Part shown: in pieces, positions 49,961 to 59,598 of the stretch
Layout: each line of letters begins with the position of its first letter
How positions within the stretch are numbered: position 1 is the first letter of the stretch
From: Desulfurivibrionaceae bacterium
GTDB lineage: Bacteria > Desulfobacterota > Desulfobulbia > Desulfobulbales > UBA5123
Reading direction: 5' to 3'
Length of the DNA stretch: 64,000 nt
NCBI GenBank assembly: GCA_030145325.1
Contig: JAQYVW010000009.1
Span: 473 to 64,472, forward strand
Translations under genes and position numbers: made by a program
The notes under the pieces: generated by a model
Told to the model about the DNA's origin: nothing
The model's database searches: none
What the model saw: the letters and a program-made list of their open reading frames with translations, nothing else

Positions 49961-50095
49961 AAAAATCCTAGGCATTCTCAGTTGGTAATATCATAAAACA
50001 CTGCCCCTTAACCCCATTTCCAAAAGACTCCTTTGGCAACCTCACTTTCGCAACAGGAATTGCTAAAATAGAGCATTTTAACAAGGAGAGAAGCT

Positions 50096-50602
50096 ATGGC
50101 TGAAGATCAAGTTGTCGACATGGAGGATGATCTCTACGACGACGAAGACACCATGAAGGACAAGTACCTCACCTTCCATCTGGCCGGTGAGGATTACGGC
50201 CTTGACATCGTTTTTGTCACCGAGATCATCGGCATCCAGAAAATCACCGAAGTGCCGGACATGCCTAACTTTGTTAAGGGGGTAATCAACCTACGCGGCA
50301 AGGTAATCCCGGTGATGGACGTACGGTTACGTTTCAACTTGCAGGAACGTGATTACGACGAACGCACCTGTATCGTAGTCGTTGATATTAACGGCACCGC
50401 CGTCGGCCTTGTTGTTGATCAGGTCAACGAGGTGGCCGATATCCCCGAGGCACAGGTCGAGCCGCCCCCACGCACCACCAAGGGGACGACCAGCCGCTTC
50501 TTAAAGGGCATGGGCAAGGTGGATGAAGAAGTCCGCATCCTGCTCAATGTCGACAAGCTGCTCTACGACGAAGAAATGGAAATGCTTGCTGGTGCGGCGT
50601 AA
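50096..50602 (+). CDS. cheW: CheW coupling protein (copy 1)
   Basis: It is a 168-aa canonical CheW domain with an acidic N-terminal extension (MAEDQVVDMEDDLYDDED). Confidence 0.9.
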   Translation: MAEDQVVDMEDDLYDDEDTMKDKYLTFHLAGEDYGLDIVFVTEIIGIQKITEVPDMPNFVKGVINLRGKVIPVMDVRLRFNLQERDYDERTCIVVVDINGTAVGLVVDQVNEVADIPEAQVEPPPRTTKGTTSRFLKGMGKVDEEVRILLNVDKLLYDEEMEMLAGAA

Positions 50603-50648
50603 TCTTTCCTGAGAAAAAATCACAACATAACAAATAACGAGGTGAACA

Positions 50649-53588
50649 ATGTTTAGTAGACTTAAATTGGGCCAAAAACTTCTTATCGCCTTCCTCTGCG
50701 TCGGGGTTATCCCCTTTGCGGTGGTCGGCCTAAGTTCGCTGATCAAGGCCAGTAATGCCTTGGAGTATGCAGCCTTCAACCAGCTGAACGCCGTTCAGGG
50801 AATCAAAAAGAAACAGATTGAAAATTTCTTCAACGAGCGCAAAGGCGACATGACGGTTTTGCTTGATACCATTGAAACATTTGTCGATGAAAACGCCGAC
50901 AAAATGTTGGCCATCCAGAAGAACAAGAAGGAAGCCATTGAAGAGATTGGTGAGCAATGGATCTTGGATGTTGAAGGAATGTCCGACGATGATCTTCTCA
51001 GCGAAGGCATAGATCACTGTAAGCAATTTATTAAAACCGGCAAAAAAACCGCAGCATATCGTGAATTTTCCCTTGAAGTTGATACGTTTACCAAAAGGTC
51101 CGGCTATTACGATTTCTTCGTCATCGACACAACGGGTCTTTGTGTCTACAGCACTGCCAAAGAAGCGGACTACAAATCAAATCTCCTCACCGGTCCCTAC
51201 AAAAATAGCGGCCTGGGCCACGCCACCCGCAACGCCATGCAGGGCAAGACTTACATTGATGACTTTTCCCCCTACGCCCCTTCAAACGGTGAGCAGTCTG
51301 CTTTTATTGCCGCCCCGATTAAAGATGGCGACAAGATTGTCGGGGTTGTAGCTTTACAGATCCCCACCGACGAGATTCAAGCCATCACGGCTGACCGCAC
51401 CGGCCTTGGTCACAGCGGCGAAGCGTACCTGATCGGCACTCTTGACGGCCAGATCGCGATGCGCTCCAATCGGACCGTCAAGAGTGACAAAATCGGCGAC
51501 GCAAAAAAAGGACAAGATATCGACAAGGCCATGGCTGGCGAAACCGGTTGGATGTTCAAGAAGGGCAGCAGCGGCGCCATGGAGATGAGTACCTATACCC
51601 CTCTTGAGATCCCCGGTCTTAAATGGGCGATGGTCACCTCCATGAGCCTAGAGGAGGCAATAGCCAAAAAAGAAGAAGGCGCTAGCGAGGATTACTTCTC
51701 TCGTTATATCCAGCAGTACGGCTATTACGATCTCTTCCTCATTGAACCGGGTGGGCAAGCGTATTACACGGTGAGCAAGGAGGCGGATTACAAAACCAAC
51801 ATGGTAAACGGAAAATACGCCGACTCGAACTTGGGCGAACTGGTCCGGCAGGTCCTGCAAACCAGGCAGTACGGGGTGGCCGATTTCGCCCCTTACGCAC
51901 CCTCAAACAACGAACCCTGCGCTTTTATCGCTGCTCCGATCATCCACCAAGGCAAGGTGGAACAGGTCATCGCCATGCAGTTGTCGCTTGAAGCGATCAA
52001 CTCCATCATGCAACAACGCGACGGGATGGGCGAAACCGGAGAAACCTACTTGGTCGGCCCTGATAAGTTGATGCGTTCCGATTCCTTTCTTGACCCCACC
52101 AACCATTCGGTCAAGGCCTCCTTTGCCAACCCGGCCACCGGTAGCGTTGACACCGAGGCCGCCCGCGAGGCCCTGGCAGGCAGGAACGATGCCAAGATCA
52201 TTATTGATTACAACGGCCAACCGGTTCTTTCCGACTATGCACCGCTGAAGATCGGTGACAAAACCTGGGCAGTCATCGCCGAGATCGATGAGGCCGAGGC
52301 CTTTGCCGCCGTCAACTCCTTGAAATGGGTAATAGGCATCGTCTTTGTCATCGGCCTCGGTGCCATTATATCCGTAGCGTTGATGATCACCCGCTCCATT
52401 ACCCAACCGGTAACCAAAACCGTGCACATGCTTGAGGAGATGGCCAAGGGCCACCTGAATATCCGCCTCAACATGGACCGTGCCGATGAAATCGGCCAGA
52501 TGGCCAAAACCATGGACGCCTTTGCCGACAGCCTGCAGAACGAGATGGTGGCGGCGCTCAACAAACTGGCCGCTGGCGATCTCACCTTTGACGCCACCCC
52601 CCATGATGAAGCCGACGCGATTAGAAACTCTCTGAAGAAGACCGGAGACGATCTCAATACCCTGATCAGCGACATCCTCACCGCCACCGAACAGGTGGCC
52701 AGCGGTTCTGGCCAGGTCTCAGACTCCAGCCAATCCCTCTCTCAAGGTGCCACCGAACAGGCGGCCTCCCTGGAAGAGATCACCAGTTCAATGACCGAGA
52801 TGGGCTCACAGACCAAGTTGAATGCCGAAAATGCCACCCAGGCCAACCAATTGGCAGGCCAAACCAAAACTGCGGCTGAAGGCGGCAACGCCAAAATGCA
52901 GGAGATGGTCACCGCCATGGGCGAGATCAACGAGGCAGGGCAAAACATCTCGAAGATCATCAAGGTTATCGACGAGATCGCCTTCCAGACCAACCTGTTG
53001 GCCTTAAACGCAGCGGTGGAAGCCGCCCGCGCCGGTCGCCATGGCAAGGGCTTTGCCGTGGTCGCCGAAGAGGTCCGCAATCTCGCCGCTCGTAGCGCCA
53101 AAGCGGCCAAGGAAACCGCCGAGCTCATCGAGGGCTCGGTGGAAAAAACCAAGAACGGTACCAAAATCGCCGAAGCAACCAGCGATGCATTGGCCGAAAT
53201 CGTTACCTCGGTCACCAAGGTGACGGACCTGGTCGGTGAGATCGCCGCCGCCTCCAACGAGCAGGCGCAGGGGATCAACCAGACCAATCAGGCCTTGGGC
53301 CAGATCGATCAAGTGACCCAGCAGAACACCGCCAGCGCTGAAGAGAGTGCGGCGGCCTCGGAAGAACTATCCGGGCAGGCCATGAACATGAAAGAAATGA
53401 TGAGCCGCTTCACGGTTCGTGATATGGGCAGCGGCTCTGGCCGTCAGCAAGCCTCCCTGCCGAGTCCAACTCAATCCACGCCACAAAACGGCTCTTGGGG
53501 AGGAGGCCAGCAAACAGCCGCGAGAAAATCCGCTCCGGCCCCCAGCGACCTCATCGCCCTTGACGACAAGGAGTTCGGCAAGTACTAA
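50649..53588 (+). CDS. Methyl-accepting chemotaxis protein 2 (duplicated double-Cache-like sensor, HAMP, MA domain)
   Basis: It is a full-length paralogue of MCP-1 with the same architecture and the same C-terminal LDDKEFGKY tail. Confidence 0.9.
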   Translation: MFSRLKLGQKLLIAFLCVGVIPFAVVGLSSLIKASNALEYAAFNQLNAVQGIKKKQIENFFNERKGDMTVLLDTIETFVDENADKMLAIQKNKKEAIEEIGEQWILDVEGMSDDDLLSEGIDHCKQFIKTGKKTAAYREFSLEVDTFTKRSGYYDFFVIDTTGLCVYSTAKEADYKSNLLTGPYKNSGLGHATRNAMQGKTYIDDFSPYAPSNGEQSAFIAAPIKDGDKIVGVVALQIPTDEIQAITADRTGLGHSGEAYLIGTLDGQIAMRSNRTVKSDKIGDAKKGQDIDKAMAGETGWMFKKGSSGAMEMSTYTPLEIPGLKWAMVTSMSLEEAIAKKEEGASEDYFSRYIQQYGYYDLFLIEPGGQAYYTVSKEADYKTNMVNGKYADSNLGELVRQVLQTRQYGVADFAPYAPSNNEPCAFIAAPIIHQGKVEQVIAMQLSLEAINSIMQQRDGMGETGETYLVGPDKLMRSDSFLDPTNHSVKASFANPATGSVDTEAAREALAGRNDAKIIIDYNGQPVLSDYAPLKIGDKTWAVIAEIDEAEAFAAVNSLKWVIGIVFVIGLGAIISVALMITRSITQPVTKTVHMLEEMAKGHLNIRLNMDRADEIGQMAKTMDAFADSLQNEMVAALNKLAAGDLTFDATPHDEADAIRNSLKKTGDDLNTLISDILTATEQVASGSGQVSDSSQSLSQGATEQAASLEEITSSMTEMGSQTKLNAENATQANQLAGQTKTAAEGGNAKMQEMVTAMGEINEAGQNISKIIKVIDEIAFQTNLLALNAAVEAARAGRHGKGFAVVAEEVRNLAARSAKAAKETAELIEGSVEKTKNGTKIAEATSDALAEIVTSVTKVTDLVGEIAAASNEQAQGINQTNQALGQIDQVTQQNTASAEESAAASEELSGQAMNMKEMMSRFTVRDMGSGSGRQQASLPSPTQSTPQNGSWGGGQQTAARKSAPAPSDLIALDDKEFGKY

Positions 53589-53611
53589 CAACGTAAAAAT
53601 ATCATAAAAAA

Positions 53612-53650
53612 ATGGCGTCCCTGGTTTTCCCAGGTGACGCCATTTTTTTT
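53612..53650 (+). terminator. Rho-independent terminator after MCP-2
   Basis: ATGGCGTCCCTGG pairs with CCAGGTGACGCCAT (one bulge), followed by T8. It is homologous to the MCP-1 terminator. Confidence 0.85.
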
Positions 53651-53780
53651 ACTATTTCTATCGACCTACCACAAGAAGGCAGTTCAACAGATTTGAACAT
53701 ATGTTCTCAGTTTTGTTTAACATTTCACAAGACCTAACCACAAGCACACCCACACCTTCAACATAATTACAAAAAATAAT

Positions 53781-53810
53781 TTGACACCTTCATGTACGTC
53801 TGCTGATAAT
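53781..53810 (+). promoter_or_regulatory. Putative sigma-70-type promoter of cheW-mcp cassette 2
   Basis: TTGACA (53781-53786), a 17-18-nt spacer, then (T)GATAAT. It is a paralogous copy of the 49932 promoter block. Confidence 0.55.
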
Positions 53811-53944
53811 AAAAACTCTAGGCATTATCAGTTGGCAATATAGTAAGATCCTAATCCTTATCACCATCACAAAATGTTCTTTTGCAACTACACCTCCGCA
53901 AGAGGAATTGCAAAAACAGAACACTTTAAACCAGGAGAGAAGCA

Positions 53945-54451
53945 ATGGCAGAAGATCAAGTTGTCGACATGGAGGATGACCTCTACGACGACGAAGACAC
54001 CATGAAGGACAAGTACCTCACCTTTCACCTGGCCGGTGAGGATTACGGCATCGACATCGCCTTTGTCACTGAGATTATCGGTATCCAAAAGATTACCGAA
54101 GTTCCGGACATGCCTGACTTTGTCAAGGGGGTAATCAACCTGCGCGGCAAGGTGATCCCGGTGATGGATGTGCGCTTGCGCTTTCATCTGGATGAGCGCG
54201 ATTACGACGAACGCACCTGTATCGTGGTGGTTGATATCAACGGCACTGCTGTCGGTTTGGTGGTTGATCAGGTTAACGAAGTAGCCGACATCCCGGAAGC
54301 GGATGTGGAGCCGCCGCCCCGCACCACCAAGGGTAGCAGCAGCCGCTATCTAAAAGGAATGGGCAAGGTGGAAGAACAAGTCCGCATCCTCCTGAATGTG
54401 GACAAACTACTCTACGACGAAGAAATTGAACAAATCGTCGCGGCAGCTTAA
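53945..54451 (+). CDS. cheW: CheW coupling protein (copy 2)
   Basis: It is 168 aa. By my manual alignment it differs from copy 1 at 16 positions. Confidence 0.9.
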   Translation: MAEDQVVDMEDDLYDDEDTMKDKYLTFHLAGEDYGIDIAFVTEIIGIQKITEVPDMPDFVKGVINLRGKVIPVMDVRLRFHLDERDYDERTCIVVVDINGTAVGLVVDQVNEVADIPEADVEPPPRTTKGSSSRYLKGMGKVEEQVRILLNVDKLLYDEEIEQIVAAA

Positions 54452-54497
54452 TCAATCGCCACAACAACACTTTATAAAACTAAAATGAGGTATTCAT

Positions 54498-56678
54498 ATG
54501 TTCAGTAGACTGAAACTAGGTCAAAAACTTCTTATCGCCTTCCTCTGCGTCGGGGTGATCCCCTTCTCGGTGGTAGGTCTCACCGCCTTGCTCAAAGCCA
54601 GCGCCGCCTTAAATCAATCCTCCTTTAACCAGCTCAATGCGGTGCAGGGGATCAAGAAAGCGCAGATCACCACCTTCTTTGACGAACGGCATGGCGATAT
54701 GAACGTGCTGGTGAACACGGTGGGCAATTTCATTAAAGAAGCCGGCACCATTGATGCCGCCATGGCAGGCCTGACCGAGGGAGGTACTGACTACTTCGCC
54801 GACTACATCAAGGATTACGGTTACTATGACCTCTTCCTCATTGACGCTCAGGGGAAGGCGTTCTACACCGTCGCCAAGGAGTCTGATTACAACAGTAACT
54901 TTGTCAACGGCAAGTACGCCAGCTCCAACCTGGGCAAACTGGTTCGTCAGGTCATCCAGACCAGACAATACGGGATGGCCGATTTCGCCCCTTACGCCGC
55001 CAGCAATAACGAGCCATGCGGCTTCATCGCCGCGCCACTTATTGAAAATGGTGAGGTAAAATTGGTCATCGGTCTACAGTTGTCGCTGGAAGCAATGAAC
55101 CGGATTATGCAACAGCGCGACGGGATGGGCAAAACCGGCGAAACCTATCTGGTCGGTTCCGACAAGTTGATGCGTTCTGATTCCTTCCTTGACCCCACCG
55201 GCCATTCGGTTAAAGCCTCTTTTGCCAACCCAGCCACCGGCAGTGTCGACACCGAGGCCGCCCGTGATGCGCTGGCCGGGCGCACCGATTCGAAAATCAT
55301 CATCGACTACAACGGCAACCCGGTTCTCTCCTCCTATGCACCAATGAAAATCGGCGACACCACCTGGGCGGTTATCGCCGAGATCGACGAGTCGGAAGCC
55401 TTTGCCGCCGTCAACGCCTTGAAATGGGTCATCGGCATCGTCTTTGTCATCGGTGTGGCCGGTATTATCACCGTGGCCCTGATGATCACTCGCTCCATCA
55501 CCCAGCCGGTGGGCAAGACGGTACACATGCTCGAGGAAATGTCCAAAGGCCACCTTGACTTACGCCTTAACATGGACCGCGCCGATGAGATCGGCCAGAT
55601 GGCCAAAACCATGGACTCCTTTGCCGACAGCCTGCAAAAAGAGATGGTGGGCGCGCTAAACATGTTAGCCGACGGCGATCTTACCTTTGACGCCACCCCC
55701 CAAGACGAGAACGACGCCATCAGGAACTCGCTGAAGAAAACCGGCGATGACCTCAATATCCTGATCACCGATATCCTCACCGCCACCGAACAAGTGGCCA
55801 GCGGCTCCGGCCAGGTATCAGATTCCAGCCAAGCCCTTTCCCAGGGTGCCACTGAACAGGCAGCATCCTTGGAAGAGATCACCAGTTCCATGACCGAGAT
55901 GGGCTCTCAAACTAAACTGAATGCCGAAAACGCTACTCAGGCTAACCAGTTGGCCAGTCAGACCAAAACCGCTGCGGAAGGCGGCAACGCCAAGATGCAG
56001 GAAATGGTTTCGGCCATGGGCCAGATCAACGAGGCAGGTCAGAATATCTCCAAGATCATCAAGGTTATCGATGAGATCGCCTTTCAAACCAACCTTCTTG
56101 CCTTAAACGCAGCCGTGGAAGCGGCACGGGCTGGTCGTCATGGCAAGGGCTTTGCTGTGGTTGCCGAAGAGGTACGAAACCTCGCCGCTCGTAGCGCCAA
56201 GGCCGCTAAAGAAACCGCTGAGCTCATTGAAGGGTCGGTGGAAAAAACCAAGAACGGCACCGCCATCGCCGAATCAACCAGCGAAGCGTTGGCTGAAATT
56301 GTTTCCTCCGTAACCAAGGTGACTGATCTGGTGGGAGAAATCGCTGCCGCTTCCAACGAACAGGCCCAAGGCATCAACCAGACCAATCAGGCCCTGGGCC
56401 AGATTGATCAAGTAACCCAACAGAACACTGCCAGCGCCGAAGAAAGTGCGGCCGCCTCGGAAGAGCTTTCCGGCCAAGCGATGAATATGAAAGAGATGAT
56501 GAGCCGCTTCAAGGTTCGCGACATGGGCCGTAGCGCCGGAATACGCCAACAACCTACAAGGCCAACGCCGCAGCAAAACGACTGGGGTACCAGTCAGCAA
56601 AAACCGCTGCCGAGAGCTCAGGCTCCTGCCGCCCATGAGGTTATAGCCTTGGATGACAAGGAGTTTGGTAAATACTAA
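54498..56678 (+). CDS. Methyl-accepting chemotaxis protein 3 (single double-Cache-like sensor, HAMP, MA domain)
   Basis: Its N-terminus, TM segments, HAMP, MA domain and tail match MCP-2. It lacks the first sensor module, roughly 250 aa. Confidence 0.9.
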   Translation: MFSRLKLGQKLLIAFLCVGVIPFSVVGLTALLKASAALNQSSFNQLNAVQGIKKAQITTFFDERHGDMNVLVNTVGNFIKEAGTIDAAMAGLTEGGTDYFADYIKDYGYYDLFLIDAQGKAFYTVAKESDYNSNFVNGKYASSNLGKLVRQVIQTRQYGMADFAPYAASNNEPCGFIAAPLIENGEVKLVIGLQLSLEAMNRIMQQRDGMGKTGETYLVGSDKLMRSDSFLDPTGHSVKASFANPATGSVDTEAARDALAGRTDSKIIIDYNGNPVLSSYAPMKIGDTTWAVIAEIDESEAFAAVNALKWVIGIVFVIGVAGIITVALMITRSITQPVGKTVHMLEEMSKGHLDLRLNMDRADEIGQMAKTMDSFADSLQKEMVGALNMLADGDLTFDATPQDENDAIRNSLKKTGDDLNILITDILTATEQVASGSGQVSDSSQALSQGATEQAASLEEITSSMTEMGSQTKLNAENATQANQLASQTKTAAEGGNAKMQEMVSAMGQINEAGQNISKIIKVIDEIAFQTNLLALNAAVEAARAGRHGKGFAVVAEEVRNLAARSAKAAKETAELIEGSVEKTKNGTAIAESTSEALAEIVSSVTKVTDLVGEIAAASNEQAQGINQTNQALGQIDQVTQQNTASAEESAAASEELSGQAMNMKEMMSRFKVRDMGRSAGIRQQPTRPTPQQNDWGTSQQKPLPRAQAPAAHEVIALDDKEFGKY

Positions 56679-56705
56679 ATAAACAAAGAGAATAATAACC
56701 TACTA

Positions 56706-56738
56706 GCGCCGTTGGCATTGCCAACGGCGCTTTTTTTT
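56706..56738 (+). terminator. Rho-independent terminator after MCP-3
   Basis: GCGCCGTTGGC pairs with GCCAACGGCGC in an 11-bp stem with a 3-nt loop, followed by T8. Confidence 0.85.
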
Positions 56739-56740
56739 CA

Positions 56741-56817
56741 CCAGCGCCTGAAGGCATCAGCCTCGGAAGACCTTTCTGCCCAGGCCTTGCCCATGAAGGA
56801 AATAATGAATCGACCGC
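56741..56817 (+). pseudogene. Relic of an MCP 3' end
   Basis: CCAGCGCCTGAAG..GCCTCGGAAGACCTTTCTGCCCAGGCCTTGCCCATGAAGGAAATAATGAATCG aligns, with indels, to the ...[25 protein letters not shown] coding region of the three MCPs. There is no upstream MCP body. Confidence 0.6.
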
Positions 56818-57052
56818 AAAATGCGGGCAAGGTTCCAATTGATTTAATCAGGCTTCATATTCATCTTTCACCGTGGAGCCTTTTTAAGCTCAAGATGATT
56901 TTTTCAAAAAAACAGGAACAAAATCAAAACACGTTTGTCTTACTAACTAAGGAGCAACAACAAGGGTCCTCCACCCTTGCTAAATTATTAGTTACTCCTT
57001 ATTTTCTCTCTCCTTCTTGATAGGCTTCGGTTAAACCGAAGCAAAACTGAAA

Positions 57053-57087
57053 GGGCCGACGCCTCCCCGCGTCGGCCCTTTTTTTTT
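57053..57087. terminator. Rho-independent terminator, probably bidirectional
   Basis: GGGCCGACGC pairs with GCGTCGGCCC in a 10-bp stem followed by T9 on the + strand. On the - strand the stem is followed by TTTCAGTTTT, 40 nt after the ThDP-enzyme stop. Confidence 0.7.
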
Positions 57088-57126
57088 GCCCTTTCCGAAA
57101 CTCAGCAACAGCAGCAGAACCATTCG

Positions 57127-58932
57127 CTAGCGGTACTGATTGGCCACCGCCTCTATGCGGCTGTGTATAGGCGGCACGGCCGTCTCATCGATCCAGACAT
57201 CAATCACCGTCGGTCGGCCACTGGCAATCACCTGGGCCATAAGTTCCGGGGTCAACATCCCAGGGCAATCGATGCGAAGCCCTTTGGCACCGAGCCCCTC
57301 GGCAACCTTGACAAAATCATAACGGTGCCCGAAACCTGAGCGCAGCCCTTCCGGCACCTGCGGATTGAACAGTTTGCGACCGTGGTGAACCATCCCCAGC
57401 ATGCCGTTATTGAAAATAATCCAGATCACCGGAATACCGTACTCAACGGCAGTGGCCACCTCCATGCCGTGCATGAGAAAACATCCGTCCCCCACCAGCG
57501 CAACCACCGGCTGATCGGGGCGGGCTAGTTTTGCGCCCACCGGGGCGGCCACAGAATGCCCCATGGAACTAAAACCCAAAGGCACATGGAAGGAATAGGG
57601 CTGCTCGATAACCATATACCGTATCGCCCACGCCATGGTGGCACCCATGTCGACGAAATAGATTGTTTCGCCCGGACAGGCCGCCTGGATATCGGCAACC
57701 AATGCCCGGGGGTGATAATACTCACCTGCAACAATCGGCGAATCAGGATGCTGCTCTTTAACCATGGTGATCTCTGTCAACTGCTCCGCCCCACGCGCCT
57801 TCATCCGCTGACAGAGCTTCCCCAGACAGTGGCCGAGTCCTCCCCCCCCATCTTTCTGGAGAACGGCAGCAGCAATCTCCTCCCAGGCGGAAACCGTGCC
57901 GCCAACCTCCCGCAGGGAGGCGTAGAGGATTTCTTTAAGGATGGTCCGGGCGTCGCCGGTAAGGGCCAGGGAGACCGGATAATTCTTGCCGATCTCCTCA
58001 CCGTCCACATCGATTTGAATCAGATGATCGGTGGGGCGCAACCGCGTGTCCCAGCCGCTGGTCATCCACTCGTTAAAACTGGTCCCCACCGCCAGCAGGA
58101 CGTCCAATTCCCGCTCCACCAGATAATCCTTAGCCGCCGGCGAACCGGCAAAACCGAGACATCCCAAGGAGAGCGGATCCGACTCCGGAAACACCCCCTT
58201 GGCCTTGGGTGAGGTGACCACCGGAATCTTAAGCAGCCGCGCTAGGACCAGGAGCGCCTCAGCCCCACGCGACAGGACGGTTCCCCAACCAACGACGATG
58301 ACAGGACGCTTGGCCGCAAGCAGAATTCTTGCCGCCTCCTGCACCCCTTGCCGTTCAAACATCTTGGCGGCATACCCCCTCTGGTTGGCGGAGGCAACTC
58401 GCTCCACCGACATCTTCATCACGTCCACCGGCAGACTCAGATGCACCGGCCCCATGCGGCCAGACATGGCCAGACGAATGGACTTTTCCACCATATACTG
58501 CACCCGTTTGACGTTGAGCAGCATGCCGCTGTACTTGGTGAAGTTGCCGAAGATACTCACCAGGTTCACCCCCTCGGCACCAGACTCCTGGATGGCCCCC
58601 TTGCCGAAAACCGAGGTAGCCACCTGGCCGGTAAGGGCACAGACCGGCACCGAATCGGCATAGGAACAAACGAGGGCAGTGATCAGGTTGGTGGCTCCCG
58701 GCCCGGCGGTGGCACAGCAAACCCCAAGCTTGCCGGAAACCCTGGCGTAACCATCAGCCATGAAGGCGGCGCCGCCCTCATGCTTGGCGACAATGGGCTG
58801 AATCTTGCCGTTGGTGTAAAGAGCGGTGTTCAACTCCTCAATGGCGCCCCCCGGTACCCCAAAGACATACCGCACCCCGGCTTCCGCCAACAACGCCACA
58901 ACAAGTTCCGACGTTTTCATAAATCTCCCCAT
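57127..58932 (-). CDS. Thiamine-diphosphate-dependent enzyme, acetolactate synthase large-subunit-like
   Basis: It has an N-terminal Pyr domain (GVPGG...HEGGAAFMADGYAR), a central domain and a C-terminal PP domain (GDGCFLM...NNG.LGMV). The substrate cannot be assigned from sequence alone. Confidence 0.75.
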   Translation of the reverse strand: MGRFMKTSELVVALLAEAGVRYVFGVPGGAIEELNTALYTNGKIQPIVAKHEGGAAFMADGYARVSGKLGVCCATAGPGATNLITALVCSYADSVPVCALTGQVATSVFGKGAIQESGAEGVNLVSIFGNFTKYSGMLLNVKRVQYMVEKSIRLAMSGRMGPVHLSLPVDVMKMSVERVASANQRGYAAKMFERQGVQEAARILLAAKRPVIVVGWGTVLSRGAEALLVLARLLKIPVVTSPKAKGVFPESDPLSLGCLGFAGSPAAKDYLVERELDVLLAVGTSFNEWMTSGWDTRLRPTDHLIQIDVDGEEIGKNYPVSLALTGDARTILKEILYASLREVGGTVSAWEEIAAAVLQKDGGGGLGHCLGKLCQRMKARGAEQLTEITMVKEQHPDSPIVAGEYYHPRALVADIQAACPGETIYFVDMGATMAWAIRYMVIEQPYSFHVPLGFSSMGHSVAAPVGAKLARPDQPVVALVGDGCFLMHGMEVATAVEYGIPVIWIIFNNGMLGMVHHGRKLFNPQVPEGLRSGFGHRYDFVKVAEGLGAKGLRIDCPGMLTPELMAQVIASGRPTVIDVWIDETAVPPIHSRIEAVANQYR

Positions 58933-59598
58933 TTAAAATACGAACCGATTCCGCCTACCGACTAGCGCAGCAATATCTCTCGCGGCTCATGGTCGTTTCC
59001 CAACCAACGATCACCTCCAGGGGGCACCATACCGAAACCCACGCACCGAACAACGACCGACACAATCGTAAAACGCTGAGATTGCCTACCTTTTTCTGCA
59101 ACTTACAGATTCTTGGGTGCAGTCAACCTGTCATTGCCACCGTGCAATGAAACAACATGAGGAAAACTGATCAACCAGAAGAGAAAGCAGTAACGCAGAT
59201 AACCGAGCAGACGGACAGTTCTCCGAGGGACCAGGACCCCTGGGGCCCACCACAACGTACTTGCCCGGAAAGATAATGACATTGAGGATAAACAACGCCG
59301 GCGAACAGCAAATGCCTCGCAAGAAGAACCGAGGCTTTATGCGGAGGAAACAAGCGAAAATCGAGCTGGCGAAGCGTCTTTATACCGGTTGCCACCCTAC
59401 TCCGTTCCGCCAGGCCAATACCTCGGTTTTATGCTGTTGAGAATAACGTTACCAACGTCTTGCCCGCCTGTATCTGATTGGCCACCACAGGACCGCCTCT
59501 ATTGCGAGATTTACACGCTTAACATGGTGCCGTTCGCTGGCAGATGAAATCATGAGGCAAGGAATGTCATCTTCAGGCCAATTCAGGAAAAGGGGGCC

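Noticed and set aside
49925-49962. A FliA (sigma-28) reading of the cheW cassette promoters
   Set aside because: CTGATAAT partly resembles GCCGATAA, but no TAAA element sits 15 nt upstream. The TTGACA-N17-GATAAT sigma-70 reading fits better.
51903-53312. Several 100-233-aa minus-strand ORFs inside the MCP genes, with equivalents at 48130-49596 and 55074-56636
   Set aside because: The Ala/Gln/Glu-rich, GC-skewed MA-domain coding sequence leaves antisense frames open. The same shadow ORFs recur in all three paralogues, as expected for artefacts.
56712-57020. 102-aa + strand ORF after MCP-3
   Set aside because: It begins inside the MCP-3 terminator and reads through the MCP-tail relic. The rest is AT-rich filler, so I treat it as a relic plus non-coding sequence.
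57556-58965. + strand ORFs of 154-218 aa inside the ThDP-enzyme gene
   Set aside because: They are antisense to a full-length ThDP-enzyme alignment, and their products are Pro/Gly/His/Arg-rich with no motifs.
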